64,000 nucleotides of DNA from positions 5,069 to 69,068 of the forward strand of contig JBBSQY010000007.1 in NCBI GenBank assembly GCA_038243585.1. Reading direction: 5' to 3'. Source of the DNA: Candidatus Sumerlaeales bacterium (GTDB lineage: Bacteria > Sumerlaeota > Sumerlaeia > Sumerlaeales > Sumerlaeaceae). Positions 19,755 to 28,918 of this stretch are shown here, piece after piece. The stretch's first letter is position 1, and each line of letters starts with the position of its first letter. The notes beneath the pieces were generated by a model that was given only the letters and a program-made list of their open reading frames with translations, ran no database searches and was not told the origin of the DNA. A program made the translations under genes and the position numbers.

Positions 19755-21956
19755 GTGCTCCTTCTGCCGAAAGGAAGATTTAATATGAGAAGAGTTTTAA
19801 GTACAGAGGACATAGCCAAACTAACTGTCGCTGATGCCGCAGCCGCTTGGAAAACCCAAAGCGAAAAACTGGATCATCGTCATTGCTCCTATCCTTACGT
19901 TTTTCAACCGCAGTACAACTCCAGCGTTGAGAAGTTCCTCCCTAGAGCCTTGGACTTCTTAGCAGACAAAGGAAATGTATTTAACGATCATATCGTTCCA
20001 GTGCCGCAAGCTGTTAATGCTGGATACGGCAGAATGCTAGTCGCAATATTTGATCACGATACTGAGGACATTGCCAAGGCGGCCAGAGCCGCATTTCTTC
20101 ATGAGCGCCATGGTTATGATTTACACCGGGCATATACGCTAAGCAGCGCGGAGCTTGGCCTTGATAGAAACACTGCCAAATCGGCTAATAATGTTGCAGA
20201 AGCGGTTCGCCGCCTGATCCGCTTTTTCAGGACGTGGCTGACAACTTGCTCCACTGTTCTGATCGATAGCCAGTGGCCAGCAACTCCAGCAGACTTAAAG
20301 CGTTCCAAAGCGTCGGTGCTCGTCGGCAGAATACGCAGAGAAATGATTGGGCGCGGCGTACTTGATCCTCGCCACGCTACCCCGAAGATGATTGCTGAGG
20401 CGCTGCGATCCTACACAGATAAATCACATTCTACAGGAGATGTTCGTCACTGGAATTCAAGTCTCAGGGATCTTGTGGCAGCGGTAAAGGATAATCAATT
20501 TGCAGGAATTACAGAAGAGCATCTCTCGGAACTAGCTGAAGTGCGTACGAATCCTCGCAACCCTGCTATGACAATCAGTGAAGAAGAACTCACCCAATTG
20601 TGGCCGGAGTACTTCCCCTCCCTTCCAGGAGACAAAACTCATCTGGATCCAGAGCAGGGAATGCCAGGCTATTTTAACAAACTACTAGCTGCCGAAGCAC
20701 CCTCAAACCCTGCTGGTCATAAGTGTCCACGCGAACGGCAGCTCCACCGGAACGCGCACACAAATAGATTCAGATCAATCCGCCGTTACCTGTACCGTAT
20801 CATACACAAAATCGGATGCGAGAACGGCGGCACAATTACGCTACGAGACGCTTTCGAACCAAGACGAATTCGCGAGTGGCTTGAAGCCGAAATAAAGGCT
20901 AAGGGCAAAGTTCATCACAGCCATAAAGACGGCTACATGCACTCGCTGATGGTTTCAAAGCATTATTTTGGCCACGATGTGGCAGACTTGGAGTCATGGA
21001 GTAGAGAAAACGTGCAATTTCCCGGTGACTGGGAATCTACCCGCGGCGAGCAGGCACTTAGAAACGGAAATCCCAAGACATTAGTAGAGCAGGCAGAGGC
21101 GATGGGGAGGTATGCCACTAGCTCATTGGAACTTTCTTCTAAAAAAGCCGGCTTACGAAGTACCCACTCTGGCGCCGGCCACTATTTGCTTCGAAAATCT
21201 GGCGAGATCGATTGCTGGCTCCGCCTTTTGACAGGCCTGCGGCCAGGAGCTCTGGATGAACTGGAGGTAGCCAACTCACCAGATCGTACTGGCTGCGCAC
21301 CTGCGATTTGGTTCGAATCCAAGGGCTATTATATTCTCTTTGTCCCTCTGCGCTGGATGAAACAGCATCTGGTTAATATATGGGGGAAAAACAATTCCAA
21401 GCGCTTGGATCTTGATTCAGCTACAGGAGAAGTTAAGGGCTTTGAATTTGAGATCCACAGGCCGGAAGCCGTTTCTGCCCTCTCAGATTATCTGCGTGAA
21501 GGTTGGCCTTATGCCAAGGCTGTTCAAGAAAAGCGTACGCGAAAGCTTTATCTCAACAGCAAAGGCGAACCGTTTCAAGACAATGGATTTGCTAAAGCAT
21601 TTACTTCATTGCGAGCCGAAGTTCGACATTTCATACATAAGTCTGAGGGCCGTGAAATTACAGATCACACCCGTTATCAGCATCGCCACATAATGGCCAC
21701 TTTTGTTGAAACTCATCTACCTGGGCACGGTCTAAAAACCACGTATTTGACTCATAGTTCAGATTTTGGATCGAACGCACTTTATGGGAAAACCAATATG
21801 ACACTGTTGCGCGAGGTGATAGACGAACTGCTTGATGGCAAGCCAACAAGGCTGACTCAACAGGAACTCCGGGAAAAAGAGCGGGACGAACAGTTAGTCA
21901 ATTTGCAAAAACAACTTGAAGAGATGATGACCAAATTAAACGATAAAGCCTCGTAA
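19755..21956 (+). CDS. Large, divergent tyrosine recombinase-like protein (733 aa)
   Basis: The C-terminal third has LLTGLRPGAL (R), WMKQH (K), YQHRHIMAT (HxxR-like box), LTHS (H) and ALYG (Y) in canonical order. Long helical N-terminus and coiled-coil tail. Start is GTG 19755 or ATG 19785. Confidence 0.65.
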   Translation: MLLLPKGRFNMRRVLSTEDIAKLTVADAAAAWKTQSEKLDHRHCSYPYVFQPQYNSSVEKFLPRALDFLADKGNVFNDHIVPVPQAVNAGYGRMLVAIFDHDTEDIAKAARAAFLHERHGYDLHRAYTLSSAELGLDRNTAKSANNVAEAVRRLIRFFRTWLTTCSTVLIDSQWPATPADLKRSKASVLVGRIRREMIGRGVLDPRHATPKMIAEALRSYTDKSHSTGDVRHWNSSLRDLVAAVKDNQFAGITEEHLSELAEVRTNPRNPAMTISEEELTQLWPEYFPSLPGDKTHLDPEQGMPGYFNKLLAAEAPSNPAGHKCPRERQLHRNAHTNRFRSIRRYLYRIIHKIGCENGGTITLRDAFEPRRIREWLEAEIKAKGKVHHSHKDGYMHSLMVSKHYFGHDVADLESWSRENVQFPGDWESTRGEQALRNGNPKTLVEQAEAMGRYATSSLELSSKKAGLRSTHSGAGHYLLRKSGEIDCWLRLLTGLRPGALDELEVANSPDRTGCAPAIWFESKGYYILFVPLRWMKQHLVNIWGKNNSKRLDLDSATGEVKGFEFEIHRPEAVSALSDYLREGWPYAKAVQEKRTRKLYLNSKGEPFQDNGFAKAFTSLRAEVRHFIHKSEGREITDHTRYQHRHIMATFVETHLPGHGLKTTYLTHSSDFGSNALYGKTNMTLLREVIDELLDGKPTRLTQQELREKERDEQLVNLQKQLEEMMTKLNDKAS

Positions 21957-21989
21957 TCAGGGAGCATACCAAAGGATTACAGCAGCCAC

Positions 21990-22033
21990 AAAAAATGCCC
22001 CCTGTCTCGCCATTAAGCGCAGGGGGCTTTTTT
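21990..22033. terminator. Bidirectional intrinsic terminator
   Basis: A-tract, GCCCCCTG...CAGGGGGC stem, T6, between convergent genes. Confidence 0.8.
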
Positions 22034-22502
22034 GAGGCCGGCCGCGTGTTAAGTATTGGTCAGGGTGCTAGATCCTTGGAGGAGGCACCTGCTGCACAAT
22101 ATTGTTGTTAGGACCAAGATACCACCGCTATCAGGCACCATCTTTAAGGAGCTAGCTAGCTCAAGCGTATCAGCGCCCAAACAAAAGATTCGGATGTTAA
22201 GAACAGCGGCTAATCCAAGCAAGCTGGAAAGTAAGCACGCCGGAATAAGCTGTTTGAAAGAGCGGCTACAATCTGCCCCTGGTAGCAAATAGCATTCAGG
22301 TTCATCGATAACTCATCACAACACTCGCCACGCAGGGGCGAAAGAGTACACCTAATTTTAATATCAGGTTCAGCATATGCCAACCCGGCTCAATTCCGTT
22401 TTCCTGGAAAATGTTAAACAACATAACCCGGCCTATAGCGTACCTTCGGTTCCGAAAAATATCCTTCGAAACGAACATAACGCAATCCGTTCAGTTCCAT
22501 TG

Positions 22503-23783
22503 TTAAGCGGCAGTTTCAGGTTCAGTCAGTAATAGACTCAATCCTTCAATTTCTTGAAGTGACTGTCCGGCAATCCCTTGCAAATCGCCATATAGCCCAG
22601 CGGTGCAATCAATTACGGTTCGAATCTGTTGCTCACGCTTCGCCCACATGCGGGTCGTGGTGCGTCGCTCCTTTTCCAAATCATCACTCATTTCGGAAAA
22701 TTTTTCCACTATTGCCTGTACTTTTTGCCGGAACTGCGGTCCTGTAAGATACCCGTAAATCCGCTCCATTTTTCCGTGTTGTCCTTCCATAGCAGCACGG
22801 ACCAGGTTAGTTTCAAGTATGGAGAACCGCAATGCAATAGCGACCGGAACCGCACATTGAAACGTGGTAATCCAAACTCCATCGATAAGATCAAAATTTC
22901 CAACATGCTTCGGCACAGCCTGTGAAGCGACGATAGCTATATCTGCTTTTGCGTTTCGCTGGTCATGACGTAATTTCGCCAACCAGGCGTCGCTCCAATT
23001 TTTCGTTCGCTTGCATTCCCACAGAATAGTGCCAGCAGTTTTTCCGGTTTGTCCCATCACCTGGTGAATTATATCACCGCCAGCCTCTCCTTTCGCTACT
23101 GGTAGGAATCTGTCCATCGGAAATGCTGCGCGCAAAGATGCTTCCAGGTCCAGTTCTTGTACTTCTCCCTGCAACTGCTGAGAGCCCTGCTCTGCCTTTC
23201 GTTTCAGTTCTTCAATCTTACGTTGCATACTAGTAATTAGCACTTCTTTCTCAAGCACTTTCAACCCCAGCGAATCCTCCGCTTCTCTGCGGCCCTGTTC
23301 CCGCACAGCATTAAGTGATTCCTGGATGCGCTTTTCAATAGTTAGCGCCATTTCCCGTTTTGCATCATCCAGCTCTCTCGATTTCCGCATCAGTTCCACC
23401 TGGGCCTGTTGTGCTTCCACCAGCTTTACGTCTTGCTGCTCAAGAATCTTGTTTAGCTCATTTAATTTTTGTTCCTTAGCTTCAAAGTTTGCAGCTACTG
23501 CCAGACGTGCTTTCTTTGACTCTTCCGCTGCAATTTTTCCTCTTTCAGCAGCCATTCGCAGGGTGACTTGCTCGTCAACGGACGCCTTCGCTTTCACCAA
23601 TTCGAGTTTCTGTTTTTGCAGCTCTGCCTGCTGCTTGTTCACTTCGATATCTTTGGCGGCGATTGCGGTTTCGTACTGCTTTCGGGTTTGCTCGAGCAGG
23701 GGCGCGGCAAGTGATTCCGTCAACCGGATATCGGCCTTACAAGATGGGCAAAAAACAACTAGTTCGTTCATTAGACTCTCCAA
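22503..23783 (-). CDS. DUF2130-family coiled-coil protein with C-terminal PD-(D/E)xK-like domain
   Basis: N-terminal CPSC, long coiled coil, GSQQLQGEVQELDLE, GDI...ILWECKRTKNWSDAWLAKL. Confidence 0.8.
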   Translation of the reverse strand: MESLMNELVVFCPSCKADIRLTESLAAPLLEQTRKQYETAIAAKDIEVNKQQAELQKQKLELVKAKASVDEQVTLRMAAERGKIAAEESKKARLAVAANFEAKEQKLNELNKILEQQDVKLVEAQQAQVELMRKSRELDDAKREMALTIEKRIQESLNAVREQGRREAEDSLGLKVLEKEVLITSMQRKIEELKRKAEQGSQQLQGEVQELDLEASLRAAFPMDRFLPVAKGEAGGDIIHQVMGQTGKTAGTILWECKRTKNWSDAWLAKLRHDQRNAKADIAIVASQAVPKHVGNFDLIDGVWITTFQCAVPVAIALRFSILETNLVRAAMEGQHGKMERIYGYLTGPQFRQKVQAIVEKFSEMSDDLEKERRTTTRMWAKREQQIRTVIDCTAGLYGDLQGIAGQSLQEIEGLSLLLTEPETAA

Positions 23784-23921
23784 GATTATTATTTATTGTT
23801 GTCCGCTCTTCTGTCAACCGCGCACCATTACGCCGTTTCATGCGCCGATCCAAAAGATTGATTTTTACTCATTGGTTGATGTTGTCACTTTTCTAGAAAG
23901 CCCGGGACAAAGCTCGGGCTA

Positions 23922-24620
23922 TCAATATCCGACCCTGCGGACAACCTCTCCACTAAGGCTTAGGACTTTGGCTTTCGTCAGGTAAAACCAATCTGATTCG
24001 GAAAGAACTGCATCGATGGATTCAACAACCTCGGAAAAACGACTCGGGATTAGATGAATATCCTCTTCCAGATCTGCCAGGAGAAGTTCCGCAGCGGCAT
24101 GCAAAACAGCAAGACGTGCGTCATTGTAGTTCTGAGGTAGGCGTGACTGTAGTGCCGTAAGTACAAAGTCAGAAGCAATCACTCGAATCTGGTGCGGTTG
24201 CAGTAGAAGTGAGCGATTTTTTGCCTCGAATACTTCATCTGATTCAACATCCCGGAGCCAGATGCTTTCGCAACCTAGCCCAAGATTCTCTAGTTTTCCG
24301 TGGTCGGCCACTATCGCGAGCATCCTTGTCTCGATGCCGTTTTCCACACTTACCGGAGACCGCCAGACCTTAAGTGCAACCTCATCCACTAGTGCCACAA
24401 TCGGCAGCATCGAATAATGGTACTGGCAGTTAATCGTTTTAGCTTTTTCCGGTTTTCGCCTGGACTTTTCCGGTAGCACGCTCATCATCTCTAGCACGTA
24501 AACTCGTTGAGAGCTTGATTCGCTATCGGACAGCAGCTGTTCAAATTGCCATTTCAGATATTTCTTCTCACCTCGCGGAACGTCTTCATTAGGGTTTTGA
24601 TCGTCTCCTTTGCTTATCAT
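23922..24620 (-). CDS. Hypothetical protein (232 aa)
   Basis: Translationally coupled (TAATG) to the upstream ORF. No motif recognised. Confidence 0.65.
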   Translation of the reverse strand: MISKGDDQNPNEDVPRGEKKYLKWQFEQLLSDSESSSQRVYVLEMMSVLPEKSRRKPEKAKTINCQYHYSMLPIVALVDEVALKVWRSPVSVENGIETRMLAIVADHGKLENLGLGCESIWLRDVESDEVFEAKNRSLLLQPHQIRVIASDFVLTALQSRLPQNYNDARLAVLHAAAELLLADLEEDIHLIPSRFSEVVESIDAVLSESDWFYLTKAKVLSLSGEVVRRVGY

Positions 24621-24865
24621 TATAGGTTCCTCGTCCGCGTGTCGAAATGCGCTGCCACCTTTGCGGCCGGAATCTGTTTTTTAGTCTGCTGGGTTTTCGA
24701 AATACCACATTCTGAAAGATGCTGTAGATCAGCAGGAGGCTCGCCGGCAGATAAGATGTCGCCCAAATAGGTAACACCTGTACTAATGTACAAAGAGCCG
24801 GAATAGCCGTTCGACGAGAAGACAACGCAACGCGCGATAGGCGCTGAGTCACGGCGCCTTATCAT
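24620..24865 (-). CDS. Hypothetical protein (81 aa)
   Basis: ATGA and TAATG overlaps with both neighbours. Confidence 0.55.
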   Translation of the reverse strand: MIRRRDSAPIARCVVFSSNGYSGSLYISTGVTYLGDILSAGEPPADLQHLSECGISKTQQTKKQIPAAKVAAHFDTRTRNL

Positions 24866-25773
24866 TTACCACCGACCGCAGTCAGCAAATCCGCAACGTA
24901 GGGGACCAGCGCGTCCAGACCGTTTGGAGCAACTTCGTTTAAATTGACTTTTCTAATAACGGATCGGATGATTTCCTCATCTGAAGCCGGTATTGGTCTA
25001 GCCACATTAGCGAAATCAAGCTCGTCCCAGATCTTTTCGACCGCGCGGTTTTCAATATAATTATCCACATCTGCCACAGCTTCGCGGTTGGATTCCATTA
25101 AAACCCAGTCAGAAAAAGTGTTGGGGGGAAATGGTTTGATTACGGCGGCAGATACCCATACGCTGCCGTCTTCGCCAGAATAGATTTCCTCAAAGGCTGC
25201 TCTGACTTTGATAACCTTCTCTCGTAAACCGTCCTGCTCCCACCACCCCATCCTGCCTTCGACCAGCAGTTCCATTTTCCCTTGAAAGGGCCCTCGCCGA
25301 AATTTACGACGAGTTACAGAGGCTATTGTGGAGCCGTTAGCTTCCAACACATACCCGTCTACCCGTTCCATTACAGCGATCCAGTACCTGGCGACCTCTG
25401 GCTTTGGTTCATACTGCGCAGCAATGTTCCACGGGCGAGCCTTGCAGCTAACCCATTTAAAGGCACTACGAGGATCCATCACCAAGTGAATGATCTGCGC
25501 CTGCCTGCTTACCAGCGCTACCCAAGTGCTTCTCGGCGGGTTATTGATCCGCTTTTCGCCGTGCGATACGCTGCACCCCAACTTTACGTATACTGCCCGT
25601 TTTTCAACTGGCGTAGACAGCCACTTTTCCAAATTTTCGAGCTGGCGAGCAGTGGTCAGGTGTTCAATCCCGGATATGCCGCGGTACTTCATAGGCAGGT
25701 ATTCCAGACGGCGAGGACCCCGTGGCTTTTTTTCGGTTACTTGTTCTGCTTTGTTCTGCGAAATGATTTCCAT
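24862..25773 (-). CDS. Hypothetical protein (303 aa), first gene of an operon divergent from the XRE gene
   Basis: Strong RBS (AAGGAG) before the ATG. No motif recognised. Confidence 0.7.
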   Translation of the reverse strand: MEIISQNKAEQVTEKKPRGPRRLEYLPMKYRGISGIEHLTTARQLENLEKWLSTPVEKRAVYVKLGCSVSHGEKRINNPPRSTWVALVSRQAQIIHLVMDPRSAFKWVSCKARPWNIAAQYEPKPEVARYWIAVMERVDGYVLEANGSTIASVTRRKFRRGPFQGKMELLVEGRMGWWEQDGLREKVIKVRAAFEEIYSGEDGSVWVSAAVIKPFPPNTFSDWVLMESNREAVADVDNYIENRAVEKIWDELDFANVARPIPASDEEIIRSVIRKVNLNEVAPNGLDALVPYVADLLTAVGGK

Positions 25774-25776
25774 TGT

Positions 25777-25854
25777 GTTCTCCTTAAGGAACGATATGTG
25801 TGTATAAGTTCCTTTAAAGGAACACTATTCACGAGATTGTTCCGCTAAAGGAAC
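25777..25854. promoter_or_regulatory. Three 16-bp palindromic operators (GTTC-N8-GAAC) at 31-bp spacing
   Basis: GTTCTCCTTAAGGAAC 25777, GTTCCTTTAAAGGAAC 25808 (perfect palindrome), GTTCCGCTAAAGGAAC 25839. Confidence 0.8.
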
Positions 25855-25902
25855 AATAACTTAAAAATAAATGCATTACCCATGATTCTCTAATCGAGCG
25901 CC

Positions 25903-26274
25903 GTGTTGTTGGAAATGATAATGAAACCAGAAAAGCGTTCCAATAGCCCAACTTATCTTCTGCCTCAATCTATCGGACAGGTGATTAATACAGCACGCCA
26001 CGCAAAGGGCTGGAGTCTTCGGCAGTTGGCAGAAGCAGCGGGCGTCGGGCCTACTACGATTCACCGCCTGGAAGGCGGTGACGTACGTATACAGTACGAT
26101 ATCATACTTCGGATATGTGATGCGCTTGCTTTGCGCGGCGCCGAAGGTGAACAGCTGGCTGTTGATCCACCACCGGTGCTGGATCAGGAGCTTGAGATTA
26201 TTGAAGCTCTTCGGTCTGGTAGGATTCCCGAGGCACTTGAAAAAGTTGCCGGCTATCTCCGGCAAAAGAAGTAG
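25903..26274 (+). CDS. XRE/Cro-CI family HTH transcriptional regulator
   Basis: IGQVINTARHAKGWSLRQLAEAAGVGPTTIHRLEGG...ILRICDAL. The true start may be ATG 25921. Confidence 0.85.
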   Translation: MLLEMIMKPEKRSNSPTYLLPQSIGQVINTARHAKGWSLRQLAEAAGVGPTTIHRLEGGDVRIQYDIILRICDALALRGAEGEQLAVDPPPVLDQELEIIEALRSGRIPEALEKVAGYLRQKK

Positions 26275-27162
26275 GCTGAATTTAGCAGCTTTCTGTCTGG
26301 CGGCCTGTTTCATCTTTGCTTCCGGTCTCTCAGAATCTCCCAGATGGGCGCGCATAGGAATCTTCCATAATCTGCAGTGGTTAGGTAAAGAGATTGGAAG
26401 AAGTTCTTGGACGATTAAACAATTACGAATATCGCAATTTATTAAAAGCAGCTCTGTGCCAAACTTAGATTGCCCGCCGTCGAACATGACACACAATTTT
26501 TTCTGATGGAACGCACGGAAATGGCGAGAATTTTCACCCACAGCTTATCAGCCCATCGAAGGCCCCCGCTTTTACATTGCTGCGTGTTCTGACATCCGTT
26601 CATGACCTTTATACTTTGTGCAGCAGAACACACAACGCATCATCGGTGCCAGCTACCTTATTACTGTCATCCTCTTCTGATAGAATCGCAAACCACACCA
26701 CTGTCCGCCGTTCGCACAAATCGGTTGTGCTACATTGCCAGTTGGTGAGTCTAGCAAATGTCTCCCGGATTTTGCCGCTCTCCACGCCAACTTTGGGGAT
26801 ATTATCATCTGTCGGTTTGACAGTATAAGATAGCTTCAGCCATCCAGATTTTTTCGGTCTGCTATCGCTTGTGAGTTTTGTTTTTTCATATTGCAGACAA
26901 CAACTCCGCCAGCACTTTCGTTGCCGTTACCTGTCTGTCCCCGAAGCTTTCCTACACGGTTTTGGCCCTGTCAAAACTCGCGCCCCCGATAGAACAGGCG
27001 GCGTCCCATTTCCAAGATTCGATAGATTTAGCGGTGGTTGATGCTGGCGGGATTGGCTTGTCTCACATCTTAAGGCAGATACCGACCACGCACCTTTTTG
27101 TCACCATGACGGGACACGCTGACAATAGGAAACGCTGTGTTCAACCCTTTTATGAGAGAAAG

Positions 27163-27200
27163 AAAAAACGAGCGGCGGACTGAGAGAGGCCGCCGCCCGT
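27163..27200 (-). terminator. Intrinsic terminator of the 469-aa gene
   Basis: Minus strand ACGGGCGGCGG-loop-CCGCCGCUCGU-U5, immediately after the stop at 27205. Confidence 0.75.
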
Positions 27201-27204
27201 ATGG

Positions 27205-28614
27205 TTAGAATACAGTAAACATTCTTACAAGTGGCATTACAAGGGCCGTCTCTTCAGGCGAGCTTTTGATCACCTGTTCAATGGCATGAAGCAATTCATG
27301 GAACTCCGCAAGGTGCTTTTTCCCATAAGACGACAAGCACTTCTTCGGCAGATCAAATAGTTCCTGAACGGTCGCTGGCAACGCGGGTGGCGTCGATTCA
27401 TCGTCTTTTGGCTTTTCCAGTTGTTTACGAGATTTGTTCACAAGTTTACTCGCGACCTCTTCGTTCACCACTTTGCCATTGTCCAACAGAGCACAAATTT
27501 TATCGACAAGTTTATCGGCGTTCTTCTTTTTGTAGCCGCCGATCAGCAACATTGCCTTCTTCTTGCAGTTTTTAACGTCGATCTCTTGTAAAAGTAAGCC
27601 GCGCTTACTTTTCATCCTCTGCTCAAAAACACCGTAGCGGAAGCAGCGACTTAGAAATGCTTTGCCCCACTGGTCCTCGGGAAAGTTCTCCTCCTTCCAG
27701 ACAAAATATAATCTAGGGCTTTTCAAATCCTGTTTCTTTTTAAGAAGCAGTCTTCCAAGCTGGATCTCATAGCAGAACTGATCTGAAAGGTTGCGTCGCC
27801 CACGTTTCAGACAGCTTCTTTCACTCATGACTCCGCCGTTGAATGCCTTCAAAAGAGCCGGTATTTCCATTTCATCGATATCATCAGAACTATTATAATT
27901 GGTAGCATCGGGCGCATCAACATCTCCTTCGTCGGATGAATGCGGTTCTTCTGTTATAATGGTGCTCTCTAAGTCCTGTTGGGAATCGTAAATACCGAAG
28001 ACGATGGCGGTATCCGACACCAAGTCTGATTCTCCGGATGTCGCCGGCAGACTTTCGTCATTGTTATTATCAGGGGTCTTATTATGAATCGCAACATCAT
28101 TGGCGGTTGGTTCGGGGGGGAGAGTAGCTTGCTCAGTTCCAACCGCCTTTAAAGCCACATGCGGATTGTCAGCAAACGCCTTACAGGCCTTCTTGACGAC
28201 TTCCATTAGTTTAAACGGGCCGCTCTTAAAGTCATTTTCCATGTAATTTTCCAACTCGGTGTAAATTGTTAGTGGAAGAATACCGTTAATGACCAGGGCG
28301 CCAGTCATTACCAGATGAATGCCTTTTGACAGGGAGTTGAGCACCAGCCAGTTGATCAAGGCGTAACCAGAGACGATATTTCCTTCAATGGTTGAGGAAA
28401 CAACGCCGTCCTTATTACGGACAACAAAATCTTTTGGGAGCTTCATGCCCACCGGGTTTTCCCAACCGGCCAGAGATTCGTAGAAACCTAAACCATTCAG
28501 GTACGCAATTGAAGTCTCTGCTTCAATTTTCGCCAAGACTACTTCGCGCCCCTGGGTCTGGTTGGCGGCTTTCTTTTTACGAGGCTCCGTTACTTTTCTT
28601 GATGTTTCGTTCAT
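27205..28614 (-). CDS. Hypothetical protein (469 aa) with acidic linker and possible DUF3102-like segment
   Basis: Long ORF with RBS (AAGGAG) and its own terminator. EIQLGRLLLKKK...FVWKEENF loosely resembles DUF3102. Confidence 0.65.
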   Translation of the reverse strand: MNETSRKVTEPRKKKAANQTQGREVVLAKIEAETSIAYLNGLGFYESLAGWENPVGMKLPKDFVVRNKDGVVSSTIEGNIVSGYALINWLVLNSLSKGIHLVMTGALVINGILPLTIYTELENYMENDFKSGPFKLMEVVKKACKAFADNPHVALKAVGTEQATLPPEPTANDVAIHNKTPDNNNDESLPATSGESDLVSDTAIVFGIYDSQQDLESTIITEEPHSSDEGDVDAPDATNYNSSDDIDEMEIPALLKAFNGGVMSERSCLKRGRRNLSDQFCYEIQLGRLLLKKKQDLKSPRLYFVWKEENFPEDQWGKAFLSRCFRYGVFEQRMKSKRGLLLQEIDVKNCKKKAMLLIGGYKKKNADKLVDKICALLDNGKVVNEEVASKLVNKSRKQLEKPKDDESTPPALPATVQELFDLPKKCLSSYGKKHLAEFHELLHAIEQVIKSSPEETALVMPLVRMFTVF

Positions 28615-28918
28615 TTAAATGAGCTCCTTTGAGTTATATGAGAGCTCATTGTACCCCACCTGATTTTTGGGGTCACAACTTGGTCTCGGCATAACTTAGG
28701 GTAGTCATTTTCAAATTTCAAAAGACCGTACCCCTTGGTTGCCATCCGTTAGAATCCCGTCACGTGCATCAATGCCTAAACGGCCCTTCCCTTGTCCCAA
28801 GCTCTGCTCGGCACCGTGCTCGTTTAGAAATCGTAAGGTGCTACCCTAGCATGTTCCAATAAGCAGATACTGCCGGCTAGACAGGCGTTGATGCGGAAGT
28901 AGCCGAGGGTGGCGACAG

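Noticed and set aside
22049-22292. Two opposing ~79-aa ORFs between the terminator and the DUF2130 gene
   Set aside because: No RBS or motif, and they overlap each other; likely spurious.
23326-23985. 219-aa + strand ORF
   Set aside because: Antisense shadow of the coiled-coil DUF2130 gene (Ser/Phe/Cys-rich).
25777-25854. GTTC...GAAC sites as LexA boxes
   Set aside because: Orientation and spacing (GTTC-N8-GAAC) differ from GAAC-N4-GTTC and GTTC-N7-GTTC boxes; better explained as operators of the adjacent XRE protein.
25876-26541. 221-aa minus ORF and 142-aa plus ORF over the XRE gene
   Set aside because: They overlap a clear HTH gene and lack protein-like features.
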